From contig CBDCRW010000005.1 in assembly GCA_965221125.1 (NCBI GenBank), positions 1 through 64,000 of the forward strand: 64,000 bases of DNA, given 5' to 3'. Made by a program: the position numbers and the translations under genes. This DNA comes from Alphaproteobacteria bacterium (GTDB lineage: Bacteria > Pseudomonadota > Alphaproteobacteria > UBA828). This document shows, piece after piece, positions 17,582 through 29,605 of the stretch (position 1 is its first letter; each line of letters opens with the position of its first letter). Below the pieces are notes generated by a model. The model made no database searches, was not told the DNA's origin, and saw only the letters and a program-made list of their open reading frames with translations.

Positions 17582-17675
17582 CTGTCCCTGTCGCTTAGGT
17601 CGGCAATCCTAGTGCGGAGCACCGTGTCGCTGGCGGAAGGTGGCACGGTGCTCCACGCATCTTGAGGGCCGGCCG

Positions 17676-18557
17676 ATGCCCTCCCTCGTCTCGCTGCCGG
17701 GGACGGCGCCTGCGGACGACGCTCTCGCGGTGCTCGCGCGCGACGGCTGCGTCATCCTCGAACGCCTCGCGGACGCGGCGATCATGGACGCCGTCGCCGC
17801 CGACCTCGCGCCCGATATCGCGCGCACGCCCACCGGCACCGGCGAGTTCGTGGGCCACAAGACCACGCGCACGCACACGGTCCTGGTCAACTCGCGCGCT
17901 GCGGGCACGCTTGCCCTCCATCCCGCGATCGCGACGCTCAACGACGCGGTGCTCGGCCCCTACTGCGCCCGCTACCAGCTCTCCTCGGCCGCCGCCATCG
18001 CCATCGGCCCCGGCGAGACCATGCAGGAGCTGCACCGGGACGATCTGGTCTACCCCCTCGCCCATCCCAGCGAGCGGCAGAGCGTGGTCACCGCCATCTG
18101 GGCGCTCACGGATTTCTCTGCCGCCAACGGGGCGACGCTGGTGGTTCCGGGCAGCCACCGCTGGGACGACGAGCGGAAGCCCGCGCTGGCAGACGCGGTG
18201 CCGGCCGAGATGCCGCGCGGCTCCGCCGTCTACATCCTGGGCTCCACCTATCACGCGGGCGGCGCCAACCGCGCGGGCGATACGCGCATCGGCCTGCTCT
18301 ACGGCTACTGCCTCGGCTGGCTGCGGCAGGAGCAGAACCAGTACCTTGCCGTGCCGCCGGAGATCGCGCGGACCTTGCCCGAGCCACTGCAGCGGCTCAT
18401 CGGCTACGCCGTGCACGAGCCCTTCCTCGGCTGGCACGACCTGCAGGACCCGATCGAGCTGCTGCGCGGCTACGAGGACCAGAGCGCCGGCGCGCGCGAC
18501 CTGATCCCGGACGGGCAGGCGGCGGCGATCCAGGGCGAGCGGGTCAAGCGGTCTTGA
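17676..18557 (+). CDS. PhyH-family Fe(II)/2OG dioxygenase
   Basis: LHRDD, NGATLVVPGSH, YHAGGAN, GWLRQEQNQYL. Confidence 0.88.
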   Translation: MPSLVSLPGTAPADDALAVLARDGCVILERLADAAIMDAVAADLAPDIARTPTGTGEFVGHKTTRTHTVLVNSRAAGTLALHPAIATLNDAVLGPYCARYQLSSAAAIAIGPGETMQELHRDDLVYPLAHPSERQSVVTAIWALTDFSAANGATLVVPGSHRWDDERKPALADAVPAEMPRGSAVYILGSTYHAGGANRAGDTRIGLLYGYCLGWLRQEQNQYLAVPPEIARTLPEPLQRLIGYAVHEPFLGWHDLQDPIELLRGYEDQSAGARDLIPDGQAAAIQGERVKRS

Positions 18558-18596
18558 ATTTGGCTTGACATTGTATATGATGTGATATTACATAAA

Positions 18597-19013
18597 ATGC
18601 GATATGTGGTGGATACCAACGTCGTGGTCGCCGGCCTGCGCAGCCCGAGCGGCGCCTCCGCAGCGCTGCTCGACCGGGCCCTGAGCGAAAGGTTCACGCT
18701 CTTGCTCTCGGTGGCCTTGGCGTTGGAGTACGAGGCGGTCTGCCGCGAGCCTGTGCATCGGATCGCGTCCGGATTGAGCGAAGAGGAGGTATCGACCATC
18801 GTCTCGGCGCTTTGTGCGGTGTGCGAGCCGGTTGATCCGCGCTACCTGTGGCGCCCGCAGCTTCGCGACCCCGCCGACGAGATGGTGTTCGAGACCGCCG
18901 TGAACGGCCAAGCCGACGCTCTGGTGACGTTCAACCGGCGGGATTTCGGCGACGCCCCGGCGCGCTTCGGCATCGCGCTGCAAACGCCAGGGCAAGCCTT
19001 GAGGAGCGTGTGA
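18597..19013 (+). CDS. PIN-domain toxin
   Basis: VVDTNVVV...LEYE...DPADEMV...LVTFN; TTGACA at 18565. Confidence 0.88.
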   Translation: MRYVVDTNVVVAGLRSPSGASAALLDRALSERFTLLLSVALALEYEAVCREPVHRIASGLSEEEVSTIVSALCAVCEPVDPRYLWRPQLRDPADEMVFETAVNGQADALVTFNRRDFGDAPARFGIALQTPGQALRSV

Positions 19014-19267
19014 TGGCGAAGAAGGAAACCAGCACCTACCCGCTGCGGCTTCCCAAGTCCCTGAAGGAGGCCGCCGCGCACATCGCCAGGGAAGATGGCA
19101 CCAGCTTCAACCAGTTCGTCGCGACCGCAGTCGCCGAGAAGGTATCCGCCATGAAAACCGCAGAGTTCTTCGCCGCCCGCAAGGCCGACGCCGATATCGA
19201 GGCGGCCCGCCGCCTGCTGCGCCGCGACGGCGGCCAGCCGCCCGAGCCCGAGGATCGGCTGTCTTAA
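19013..19267 (+). CDS. Ribbon-helix-helix (HicB-like) antitoxin
   Basis: YPLRLPKSL...SFNQFVATAVAEK; TGATG coupling. Confidence 0.82.
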   Translation: MAKKETSTYPLRLPKSLKEAAAHIAREDGTSFNQFVATAVAEKVSAMKTAEFFAARKADADIEAARRLLRRDGGQPPEPEDRLS

Positions 19268-19286
19268 CCACCGCGGGAGCGGACGA

Positions 19287-20150
19287 CTACCGCTCCCGCC
19301 CTTTCTCCCGCGGCTGGATCAGGATCACGGTCGAGACCACGATCAGGATGATCGAGACCCCGATGATCACCGTGCCGATGGCGTTGATCTCGGGCGTGAT
19401 CCCGCGGCGGATAGCGGACCAGATGTACATCGGCAGCGTGTTGTCGCGCCCGGTGAGGAAGAAGGTCACGGGGATCTCGTCGAAGGAGAGGGTGAAGACC
19501 AGCAGCGACGAGCCGATGATCGAGGTGCGGATGTTGGGCAGCGTGACCTTCCAGAACGTGCGCAGCGGGGTCGCGCCGAGATCGGCCGAGGCCTCGATGA
19601 TGCGCCGGTCGAAGCGTTCCAGCCTGGCGTAGACGCTGGTGATCACGATGGCGGCGAACGCGGTGCCGTGGCCGATGATCACGGTGGTGAGGCTCAGCTC
19701 CACGCCGAGCTGCGAGAAGAAGCTCAGCATCGAGACGCCCGTGATGATGCCCGGCAGCGTGATCGGCAGGATCACGAGGCGGCGGAACACGGTCTTGCCG
19801 GGGAAGTCGTAGCGGCCGAGCGCGAGCGCGGTCGGGATGCCGATGGCGAGGCAGATGGCGAGCGCGCACACCGCCACGATCAGGCTGTTCCCCACCGCCG
19901 CCAGCAGCTGCGGGTTGGAGAAGGCCTTCGCGTACCACTCCAGCGTCCATTCGCCGAAGGGCAGCCGCATGACCTTGTTGTCGTTGAAGCTGAAGATCAT
20001 CAGCGTCGCGATGGGCGCGTACAGGAACGCCAGCACGCAGCCGGTGACGAAGGCGAGAGCCCGGTAGCTGAGGTCGCGCTCGGAGCGCGGGCGCCGCCTG
20101 CGCCGCTCCAGGGGCGCGCCCCGCCGCAAGTCTCCGTCGAGGGCCGCCAC
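19287..20150 (-). CDS. PotC-like ABC permease
   Basis: FLYAP, EASADLGA, SFDE, TLP motifs. Confidence 0.88.
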   Translation of the reverse strand: MAALDGDLRRGAPLERRRRRPRSERDLSYRALAFVTGCVLAFLYAPIATLMIFSFNDNKVMRLPFGEWTLEWYAKAFSNPQLLAAVGNSLIVAVCALAICLAIGIPTALALGRYDFPGKTVFRRLVILPITLPGIITGVSMLSFFSQLGVELSLTTVIIGHGTAFAAIVITSVYARLERFDRRIIEASADLGATPLRTFWKVTLPNIRTSIIGSSLLVFTLSFDEIPVTFFLTGRDNTLPMYIWSAIRRGITPEINAIGTVIIGVSIILIVVSTVILIQPREKGRER

Positions 20151-20153
20151 GGC

Positions 20154-21023
20154 TTAGCCGAGGTCCAGCCGACCGGCGCGCTCGAAGCGGTCCGACGCCG
20201 TGATCACGGCCAGCACGATGAACAGCATGATCATGGAGAGCGCCGAGCCGAACGGCCAGTCCATCGCCTGGCCGAACTGCGTCGAGATCACGTTGGAGAT
20301 CATGTTGGAATAGGGCCCGCCTACGAGCCGGGGCGAGATGAAGTCGCCGAACGAGAAGCAGAAGGTGAAGGTGAACCCCACCAGCAACCCCGGCACGGAG
20401 AGCGGCAGCGTGATGCGCAGGAAGGTGCCGAGCCTGCCGACGCCCAAGTCCTTCGAGCCCTCGATCAGGCTGCGCGGGATCTTCTCCAGCGTCGCGTAGA
20501 GCGGCATCACCATGAAGGGCGTGAAGATGTATGCCATGGTGATGACCATGGCGAACTGGTTGTAGAGGAGCACCTCGATCGGCTCGTCCACCACGCCGAT
20601 CCAGATCAGGAAGGTGTTGAGGATCCCCTCGGTGCCCAGCACGATCTTCCAGGTGTAGACGCGCAGCAGGTAGGAGACCCAGAGCGGGACGATCGTCGCC
20701 ACGTAGATGATCGTCCTGAGCCGGTGCGAGCGCACCTTGAACACCAGGAAGTAGGTCAGCGGGTAGGCCAGTGCGACCGTGACGATGGACACGAAGACCG
20801 AGATCTTCAGGCTCCGCAGAAGGATCGTGACGTACTGCGATTCGGCGAAAACCTTCAGGTAGTTGGCGACCTGGAAGTCGGGAACGTGGAAGGGAAACTG
20901 GGTCCGGTAGAAGCTGATCATCAGCATGATCACGTAGGGCACCAGCAGGACCACCACCCACCAGATGACGGGCGCCGAGACCAGCGCGGCGAATTCGAGC
21001 CGGCGACGCCGGGCGTGCCTCAT
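20154..21023 (-). CDS. PotB-like ABC permease
   Basis: PLWVSYLLR, EGSKDLG, DWPFGSALS. Confidence 0.88.
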   Translation of the reverse strand: MRHARRRRLEFAALVSAPVIWWVVVLLVPYVIMLMISFYRTQFPFHVPDFQVANYLKVFAESQYVTILLRSLKISVFVSIVTVALAYPLTYFLVFKVRSHRLRTIIYVATIVPLWVSYLLRVYTWKIVLGTEGILNTFLIWIGVVDEPIEVLLYNQFAMVITMAYIFTPFMVMPLYATLEKIPRSLIEGSKDLGVGRLGTFLRITLPLSVPGLLVGFTFTFCFSFGDFISPRLVGGPYSNMISNVISTQFGQAMDWPFGSALSMIMLFIVLAVITASDRFERAGRLDLG

Positions 21024-22150
21024 GCGGGGGGATCCGCCGCCGCGCCGCCGCCGTCGGAGCCAGCGAAGAGGATCACGCTCGCCGGGTCGAAGCCGAGGGA
21101 GACCGTGCCGCCCACCGGCGGCAGCGCCATCTGCTGGAGCCCGGTCTCGAGCTGGCGGTGGACGACGAGCAGCCGCTCCGCGCCGATGTCGATGGCGAGC
21201 CGGACCGAATCGCCGTGGAAGAAGACGTCGCGGAGCCGGCCGGAGAGGCTGTTGAACGCGGCAGGCAGGGCGCGGCCTTCGCCGAGCGTCACCTTCTCGG
21301 GCCGGATCGAGAGCGTGACGCGGGCGCCCACCGCAGGCGCGGCTCCCTGGAGCGTGACGCGGATGTCGGCCTCCCCGCAGCGCACCTGCGCGGTGCCGTC
21401 GGTCACGCCGGCCACGATGCCCGCCACCATGTTCGACGTGCCCAGAAAATTCGCGACGTAGGGCGTCTCGGGCCGGTCGTAGAGGTCGGTCGGCGCGCCC
21501 GCCTGCACGATGCGGCCCGCGTCCATCACCACGATCCGGTCGGACATCACCAGCGCTTCCGTCTGGTCGTGGGTGACCATCATGAAGGTAAGGCCGATCT
21601 GGTCGTGCAGGCGCTTCAGCTCCACCTGCATGGATTCCCGGAGCTTGGCGTCGAGCGCCGACATCGGCTCGTCGAGCAGCAGGATCTTGGGCCGCCGGAT
21701 GAGCGCGCGGGCCAGCGCCACGCGCTGCTTCTGGCCGATGGAAAGCTCCGCCGGCCTGCGGTCGGCCTTGTCCAGCAGCTCGATGGTGCGCAGCGCGTCG
21801 TCCACCTCGCGCGCCGCCTCGCGCTTCTTCATGCCCGCGATGGAGAGGCCGTAGCCGATGTTCTGGGCCACCGTGAGGTGCGGGAAGAGCGCGAAGTCCT
21901 GGAACATCATGTTGACCGGCCGCCGGTAGGGCGGGAGGTCCGTCACGTCGCGGCCGTCGAGCACGATGCGGCCCGAGTCCGGGTACTCGAAGCCGCCCAC
22001 CATGCGGAGCGTGGTCGTCTTGCCGCAGCCGGACGGCCCGAGAATGGTCAGGAACTCGCCCTCCTCCACCGCGAGCGTCACGTCGTCCACGGCGCGCACG
22101 CCGCCCCGGAACGTCTTCGTGACATTCTGAATTTCGAGGATGGCGGCCAT
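21020..22150 (-). CDS. PotA-like ABC ATPase
   Basis: GPSGCGKT, FQDFALFPH, LLLDEP, VTHDQ; signature variant LSIGQ. Confidence 0.9.
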   Translation of the reverse strand: MAAILEIQNVTKTFRGGVRAVDDVTLAVEEGEFLTILGPSGCGKTTTLRMVGGFEYPDSGRIVLDGRDVTDLPPYRRPVNMMFQDFALFPHLTVAQNIGYGLSIAGMKKREAAREVDDALRTIELLDKADRRPAELSIGQKQRVALARALIRRPKILLLDEPMSALDAKLRESMQVELKRLHDQIGLTFMMVTHDQTEALVMSDRIVVMDAGRIVQAGAPTDLYDRPETPYVANFLGTSNMVAGIVAGVTDGTAQVRCGEADIRVTLQGAAPAVGARVTLSIRPEKVTLGEGRALPAAFNSLSGRLRDVFFHGDSVRLAIDIGAERLLVVHRQLETGLQQMALPPVGGTVSLGFDPASVILFAGSDGGGAAADPPA

Positions 22151-22282
22151 GGCGGGACGTGCCTTGTGGTGGGCAGGCGGAGCATACGCCAGATCGGCTG
22201 CGGCCTGAATTCGGGCTGCCGTTTACGGGTGGGATGGCGCCCTCTACACTCCCGCGAAACCGAGCCGGCAGAGGGAGGCACC

Positions 22283-23086
22283 GTGGCTGGCCGCTGGAAC
22301 GACGGCCGCAGATTCGAGGGCCGCGTCGCCATCGTGACGGGCGCGAGCGGGGCGCTGGGCGGCGCCTGCGCGCGTGCGCTCGGCCGCGAGGGCGCGAGCG
22401 TGGCGCTCGCCTATCGCAGCGGCGCGGACGCGGCGAGCGCAGCCGTTGACGAGATCGCGGCCGCCGGCGGCACGGCCCACGCTGCGCACCTCGACATCAC
22501 CGACGAGGACTCGATCCAGGCCTTCGTGGGCAGCGCGGTGACGCGCTACGGCGGTGTGGACGTGCTCATCAACGCAGCGGGCCGGATCGACGCGGCCGAC
22601 GCCGTCCGCTTCGCCGACACCGACGCGCAAGCCTGGGACGCGCTTTTCGCGGTCGACGTGAAGGGCACGTTCCTCATGTGCCGCGCCGTCGTGCCGCACA
22701 TGGAGGCGCGCGGCGGCGGCGCCATCGTCAACTTCGCGGGCTCGTTCGGCAACGGCGTGAACCAGGAGAACATGGTGAACTCCGTCGCCGTCTCCTACTG
22801 CGCGGCGAAGGGCGCCGTGCGCGGCTTCACCGCCTCCCTCGCGCGCGACCTCGCGCCAAACATCCGGGTCAACGCCGTCTCGCCCGGGCCGATCGAGGCG
22901 AATTGGGATGCCGACTGGGGGATTCCGGCCGAGCACGTGGACGAAGCCGTCAACATGACCCACCTGAAGCGCATGGGCGTGCCGCAGGAGATCGCGGAGA
23001 CGGTGCTCTTCCTCGCTTCCGACGGCGCCGGCTACATCACCGGCCAGATGGTGCTCGCCGACGGCGGCTGGACGCTGGCGGGCTAG
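22283..23086 (+). CDS. SDR oxidoreductase
   Basis: TGASGALG, INAAG, YCAAK, NAVSPG; GGAGG RBS. Confidence 0.9.
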   Translation: MAGRWNDGRRFEGRVAIVTGASGALGGACARALGREGASVALAYRSGADAASAAVDEIAAAGGTAHAAHLDITDEDSIQAFVGSAVTRYGGVDVLINAAGRIDAADAVRFADTDAQAWDALFAVDVKGTFLMCRAVVPHMEARGGGAIVNFAGSFGNGVNQENMVNSVAVSYCAAKGAVRGFTASLARDLAPNIRVNAVSPGPIEANWDADWGIPAEHVDEAVNMTHLKRMGVPQEIAETVLFLASDGAGYITGQMVLADGGWTLAG

Positions 23087-23098
23087 GGAGCGAGGGGC

Positions 23099-24868
23099 AT
23101 GTCACTCGAAGCGATCGACCTTGCCGCGCTGATCCCCGCCGACCTGCCCGACGGCCGCGAGGCGGTGGCCGAAGGCCGGGCGCTCGGCCCCACCATCGAG
23201 CGCGCGACCTCGCTCTACTGCACGGAGAAGGGCGTGGGCTCGGAGCGCGAGTGGCGCGAGAAGGCGCGGGCGCAAGGAATCCCCTGCACCTGCATGAACA
23301 TCGGCCTCGCCACCTGGGACGACACCCGCGAGGCCATGGGCCTCATCTACGAGGACGCGCTCTCGCGCGGCGTGCGCCCGCCGGACCGCTTCAACCTGCT
23401 CGCCGAGCGGCGCATGGGGCTGCCGAAGGAGCTTCGCGCCCAGGCCCCGCAGGAGACCGGGCCGGTGCTCTGGACCGACGAGCACTGGTGGGAGATGACG
23501 CAGACGGTGCCGATCCAGCCGGAGGCCGCCGACAACATGATCGGGGGTCCCGGATCGGTCGACAACGTGGTGAACGCGCTCCAGGTCGGCATCACCTGCA
23601 TCGGCGTGCTGAGCCAGTATTCATGGCGCTGGCCCTACTGGGACGACGAGACCGCGCAGCTCATGGCCGTGCTCAAGGCCGGCGGCGTGCTCGCGTCGCT
23701 GCGGGGCGAGGGGGTCGTGTTCGATTCCTATCTGGAGGACGGCTACCCCGGCGTCTTCCACGACTACGCGAGCTACATCGGCTGGGCGATGCTGGAGCGC
23801 TATGTCGCGGAAGACCTCATCGGCGCCGCCTATTCGCCCTCCTGGGGCGGGCTCACGCAGAACCCGATCATCAAGTCGGCGGTGACGCTGGCGCTCGACG
23901 CCGTGAACCCGGACCGCGTGCCGACCTCGTTCATCCAGGGCGACACCATCGGGTATTCGCGCGATTTCGACGGCAACATGGCCGTGCTCGTGAACGACCT
24001 GATGATGATGAAGATGACGGACCTGCGTTACCGCCTGGGCGGCGCGCCGATCGCCGTGCCGGTGACGGAGGTCGAGCGCATCCCCACCTGGCAGGAGGTG
24101 GCGACGGTCCAGACCGTGAGCCGCAAGTGCGAGGATTACCTGCCGATGATGGAGCCCTACGTGAACTGGGGCAAGATCGAGGCCTTGCGCGACGAGCTGG
24201 TGGCGGGCGGCAGGCGCTTCTTCGGCAACGCGCTGGATGCGATGGGCGAGATGGGCGTCGACGTGGCCGATCCCGCGCCGGTCCTGCTCCTGCTCAAGCG
24301 GCTCGGGCCGGAGACCTGCGAGACGCTGTTCGGCGCGGGCGCGCGCGACGACTCCTACCTGCGCGGCCGCAAGCCGATCCTCGAGACCGATCTGGTGCGC
24401 GAGACCATGAAGCAGCGCGAGACCCTGCTCGCCGGCCTGGCCGAGCGCGGCCCGGCGGAGGGCTTGAAGGCGAAGAACGTCGTGGTCGCGTCCACCGACG
24501 TGCACGAGTTCGCGAAGTTCCTGCTCACGTCCACCCTCGACGCCGCGGGCAGCAACGTCATCGACTGCGGCATCAACCGCGACCCCGAGGACATCGTGAA
24601 GGTCGCGGTGGAGACCGCCGCCGACGCCGTCGTCATCACCACCCACAACGGCGTCGCGCGTACCTACGGCACCAAGCTGATGGGCGAGATGCGGGACGCG
24701 CGGCTGGATGCGCCGGTCTTCATGGGCGGCGTGCTGAACGAGGACATCGAAGGCTCCGACGTGCCGGTGGACGTGCGCCACGACCTCGGCAACCTCGGCA
24801 TTCTGACGCCTGCCTCGATCGACGACCTGCTGGCCACGATGGAAGCCGAGTGCGGCGCGAAGCCGTGA
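23099..24868 (+). CDS. Cobalamin-dependent enzyme (large N-terminal domain plus C-terminal B12-binding domain)
   Basis: DVHEFA (DxHxxG-like), ITTHNG, FMGG; adjacent to a GlmL-type gene. Confidence 0.75.
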   Translation: MSLEAIDLAALIPADLPDGREAVAEGRALGPTIERATSLYCTEKGVGSEREWREKARAQGIPCTCMNIGLATWDDTREAMGLIYEDALSRGVRPPDRFNLLAERRMGLPKELRAQAPQETGPVLWTDEHWWEMTQTVPIQPEAADNMIGGPGSVDNVVNALQVGITCIGVLSQYSWRWPYWDDETAQLMAVLKAGGVLASLRGEGVVFDSYLEDGYPGVFHDYASYIGWAMLERYVAEDLIGAAYSPSWGGLTQNPIIKSAVTLALDAVNPDRVPTSFIQGDTIGYSRDFDGNMAVLVNDLMMMKMTDLRYRLGGAPIAVPVTEVERIPTWQEVATVQTVSRKCEDYLPMMEPYVNWGKIEALRDELVAGGRRFFGNALDAMGEMGVDVADPAPVLLLLKRLGPETCETLFGAGARDDSYLRGRKPILETDLVRETMKQRETLLAGLAERGPAEGLKAKNVVVASTDVHEFAKFLLTSTLDAAGSNVIDCGINRDPEDIVKVAVETAADAVVITTHNGVARTYGTKLMGEMRDARLDAPVFMGGVLNEDIEGSDVPVDVRHDLGNLGILTPASIDDLLATMEAECGAKP

Positions 24869-26250
24869 ATGCGATCGCGCTCGTCGATTTCGGAAGCACA
24901 TTCACAAAGCTGACGATCACCGAAGCCGGGACGGGGCGCCTTCTCGCCACGGCGCGGGCGCCGACGACCGCGGAGACGGACGTGATGGAGGGCTACCGGG
25001 CGGCGCTGGAGAGCGCGCTCGCGCAAGCGCCCGGCAATCCGAAGATCGTCCGCCGGCTTGCGGCATCGAGCGCGGGCGGGGGCCTGCGGGTGGCCGCCAT
25101 CGGCCTCGTGCCGGAGTACACCGAGGCCGCGGCGCGGCAGGCGGCGCTCAACGCCGGCGCGCGCATCGTGCTTCGGCTTTCCGGCCGGCTGGATCAGCGA
25201 GCCGTGGCCGCGCTGGAAGAGGCGCAGCCGGAGATTGTGCTGTTCTCCGGCGGGACCGACGGCGGGCAGCGCGAGCAGGTGCTGGAAAACGCCGAGGCGG
25301 TCCGCGCCGCGCGGATCGAGAGCCGCATCGTCGTCGCGTGCAACCGCGATGTCGCTTCCGCCGTCGCCGGCATGGTGGCGCCGGCCGAGCGCGTCACGAC
25401 CGTCGCCAACGTGCTGCCGGCCATCGGCCGCCTCGACATCGAGCCGGCGCGTGCCGCGATCCACGACGCGTTCATCCGCCACGTCATCCGCGGCAAGGGT
25501 TTGAGCGGGGCGCAGGAGTTCCACGAGGCCGTCGTCATGCCGACGCCCGAGGCGGTGCTGCGGGCGACGCGCCTGCTGGCTGTCGGCGCCGACGGGGCGG
25601 CGCGCAAGGACGTCGTGGTGGTCGACCTCGGCGGGGCCACCACCGACGTTCACGCCGCCGTCGCGCCGAAGCCCGCGCCGGTCGGCATCCGCACGGCGGG
25701 CCTGCCGGCGCTCCCGCTCAGGCGCACCGTGGAGGGCGATCTCGGCATGCGCTGGAGCGCGCCGGGCGTGCTCGACGCGGACGGCGACTGGCTGGAGGCG
25801 GAGGGCCGCGCCGCCGGGACAACCGCCCACGCGCTTCGGCAGGCCTGCGCCCGGCGCCAGCGCGCGCCGGACTACCTGCCCGAGACTCCCGGCGAGGAGC
25901 GGATCGACCGCGCGCTCGCCACCGCCTGCGTGACCCACGCGCTCCGGCGCCACTGCGGCACGCTCAGCACCGTCTACGTCCCCGGCCAGGGGGCGGATTT
26001 CGAGCAGCGCGGCGCAGACCTTCGCGACGTGCCGCTCGTGATCGGCACCGGCGGCATGCTCGGCCGGCACGCGGCGGGCGAAGCCGTGCTGCGCGCCGCG
26101 CTGGAGCGCCGCTCCCAGGGCTCGCTCACGCCGCGCGCGCCCGCGCTTGCCCTCGACCGGGCTTACGTGCTCGCGGCCGCGGGCTTGCTGTCGACCGTGG
26201 ACGAGAGCGCCGCGCGCGCCCTGCTCGCGGATCAGAGGCTGGCGGGCTAG
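24865..26250 (+). CDS. Glutamate mutase L (GlmL)-like reactivating factor
   Basis: DFGSTFTK, SSAGGGL, GGTDGG, MPTP, DLGGATTDVH, RTVEGDLGMR. Confidence 0.88.
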   Translation: MNAIALVDFGSTFTKLTITEAGTGRLLATARAPTTAETDVMEGYRAALESALAQAPGNPKIVRRLAASSAGGGLRVAAIGLVPEYTEAAARQAALNAGARIVLRLSGRLDQRAVAALEEAQPEIVLFSGGTDGGQREQVLENAEAVRAARIESRIVVACNRDVASAVAGMVAPAERVTTVANVLPAIGRLDIEPARAAIHDAFIRHVIRGKGLSGAQEFHEAVVMPTPEAVLRATRLLAVGADGAARKDVVVVDLGGATTDVHAAVAPKPAPVGIRTAGLPALPLRRTVEGDLGMRWSAPGVLDADGDWLEAEGRAAGTTAHALRQACARRQRAPDYLPETPGEERIDRALATACVTHALRRHCGTLSTVYVPGQGADFEQRGADLRDVPLVIGTGGMLGRHAAGEAVLRAALERRSQGSLTPRAPALALDRAYVLAAAGLLSTVDESAARALLADQRLAG

Positions 26251-26411
26251 GGTTCCGCAGGCCCATCACAACGGGAGGTCCGGGCGGAAATGGCGGAACG
26301 GCACCGGTTAAGTGTTGTTAACGTCATGGACGACGAGTTGACGGCCGTTCCCCCGGACTGGCACCATCGGCGTCGATTCTCGAACGCTGCATCCTGTTAC
26401 GAGGACACAGG

Positions 26412-27269
26412 ATGTTTGACGAACGAACGACAGTGGCTTCCAAGTCCGCCGAGCGGGCTGCGGCTGAATCCGCACTAGCGGCAAGCCCGAACGGGCCCGA
26501 GCTGCCGGACATGTCCGGCAGCTACGACCGCTATATCTCCTCGGGCCTCTACGACCGGCGCTACCCGCGCCCGAACCGGCGCACGCTGCGGATAATGAAG
26601 CGGCACTTGCCCGCTGGCGGGCGCTTCCTCGATGTCGGCGCCGGCACGGGGCGCTACACCCTGCCTCTCCTGCAAGTGGACGGGACGAGCGGCCTGGCCC
26701 TCGACATCTGCCCCGTCGCCCGCAAGACCCTGGGGGAGCGTTTCGGCGAGTACGTGCGTGGCGGGCGGCTGGTCGTGCGGGGAGAGGACGCGGACGAGCT
26801 GGCCGCGGACCATCCGCAGGCCTTCGACCTGGCGCTGCTGGCCTTCGGCGTCCTGGCGCACGTGGCGGGACGCGCGGAGCGCCTGCGCCTGCTGCGGGCC
26901 ATCCGCGCCATGCTGAAGCCGGACGGCACCCTGATCCTCAGCGTGCCGAACGCGAAGCGGCGGTTTCTGGCGGAGCAGCGGGCGGCCGCCCCCCTGGTGC
27001 AGGGCGGCAAGCTCGAGCCCGGCGACGTCCTCTACAAGCGCAGCCACGACGAGGGCGAGATCCGCATGTTCTATCACCTCTACACGCTTGCGGAGGTGAA
27101 GCGGGATCTCTCAGGCGTGGGCTTCCGCGTCGCCTGCGTCGGGGCCGAGAGCCTCTTGTCCGAGAGGGCCGTGGTCAGCGACCCCCTCGTCGGCTGGCTC
27201 GATGCGCTGGCCTGCCGGCTCGCGCCGGCCTCCCTCGGCTACGACTTGTTGGCCGTCGCCAAGCCATAA
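26412..27269 (+). CDS. Class I SAM-dependent methyltransferase
   Basis: FLDVGAGTGRY, LKPDG; start may be 26511. Confidence 0.82.
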   Translation: MFDERTTVASKSAERAAAESALAASPNGPELPDMSGSYDRYISSGLYDRRYPRPNRRTLRIMKRHLPAGGRFLDVGAGTGRYTLPLLQVDGTSGLALDICPVARKTLGERFGEYVRGGRLVVRGEDADELAADHPQAFDLALLAFGVLAHVAGRAERLRLLRAIRAMLKPDGTLILSVPNAKRRFLAEQRAAAPLVQGGKLEPGDVLYKRSHDEGEIRMFYHLYTLAEVKRDLSGVGFRVACVGAESLLSERAVVSDPLVGWLDALACRLAPASLGYDLLAVAKP

Positions 27270-27543
27270 GACCGGATTATCTAACGCCTAAGAAAACGGT
27301 ATTGGCGTTTATGCCCTGACGGCATCATTTCTTACCGTATCGGGCACGGCCCCGGGACGTGACCGATCGGTTTCCACCGGCCAGCGCCATGCCCTGGTGC
27401 CACGGGAAATCGAGCAACCCCGTCGCGGCCCCCCGTGACGGAACAACGGCCGGGCCGGGGCGGGTACGGATCCCTCCCTGTCCGTCGCGCCCGCCCCTTC
27501 GCCGCCGGCGCCGGCTCCCACCGGCGTCGGCGGCCTCTCCGTC

Positions 27544-29040
<1,497 letters not shown>

Positions 29041-29447
29041 TGGATTTCCTCCATTGCGGCCTTTAGGCCGCACACTCCATTGCGGCGTCAATGCCGCAGC
29101 CTGCGAGACCTCGCGCGACGGCGCGGCCAGGGCGCCGCTGTGGCACCCAGCCGCTCAACGCGGGCCAATCGAATGACGCAGGAATTCGCTCCTTCACCGG
29201 CGGGGTGGCCGCGAGGCGGCCGGCGAAAAAACCCGCCGTCGGACCCGTAGCGGCACGCGCGCGTCACGCGGCGTCCCCGGTCCGCGCCCCTCCTACCCCC
29301 GGCGAGGGCCAGCGTCAATCGCCATCTGCCGGAATCGGATGATACGTGCGTTGCCCTCAGCGTATGTGACGCGGATGTGTCAGCGGGATTGCGACTTGTG
29401 CGGAAGCGCCGATGGCGTAGTATCGCGGCGCACGGGGCACCACATAT

Positions 29448-29522
29448 GCGGGCGTAGCTCAGGGGTAGAGCACAACCTTGCCAAGGTTGGGGTCGTGGGT
29501 TCGAATCCCATCGCCCGCTCCA
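29448..29522 (+). tRNA. tRNA-Gly(GCC)
   Basis: GCGGGCG/CGCCCGC acceptor, CAACC-TTGCCAA-GGTTG anticodon arm, TTCGAAT, TCCA end. Confidence 0.97.
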
Positions 29523-29605
29523 GTGCCCGGCCGGCGACCGGCGGCAGGGGCGGCAGAATCGAGCCGCCATGCGCCGCGCGCCCTCCACAGACCGGGGAGA
29601 CTGCC

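Noticed and set aside
22678-26250. 1190-aa ORF as a single gene
   Set aside because: Only the part from 24865 has GlmL motifs; the rest overlaps real genes in other frames
29448-29522. tRNA-Gly as an island attachment site
   Set aside because: No duplicated 3' end noticed and no adjacent integrase
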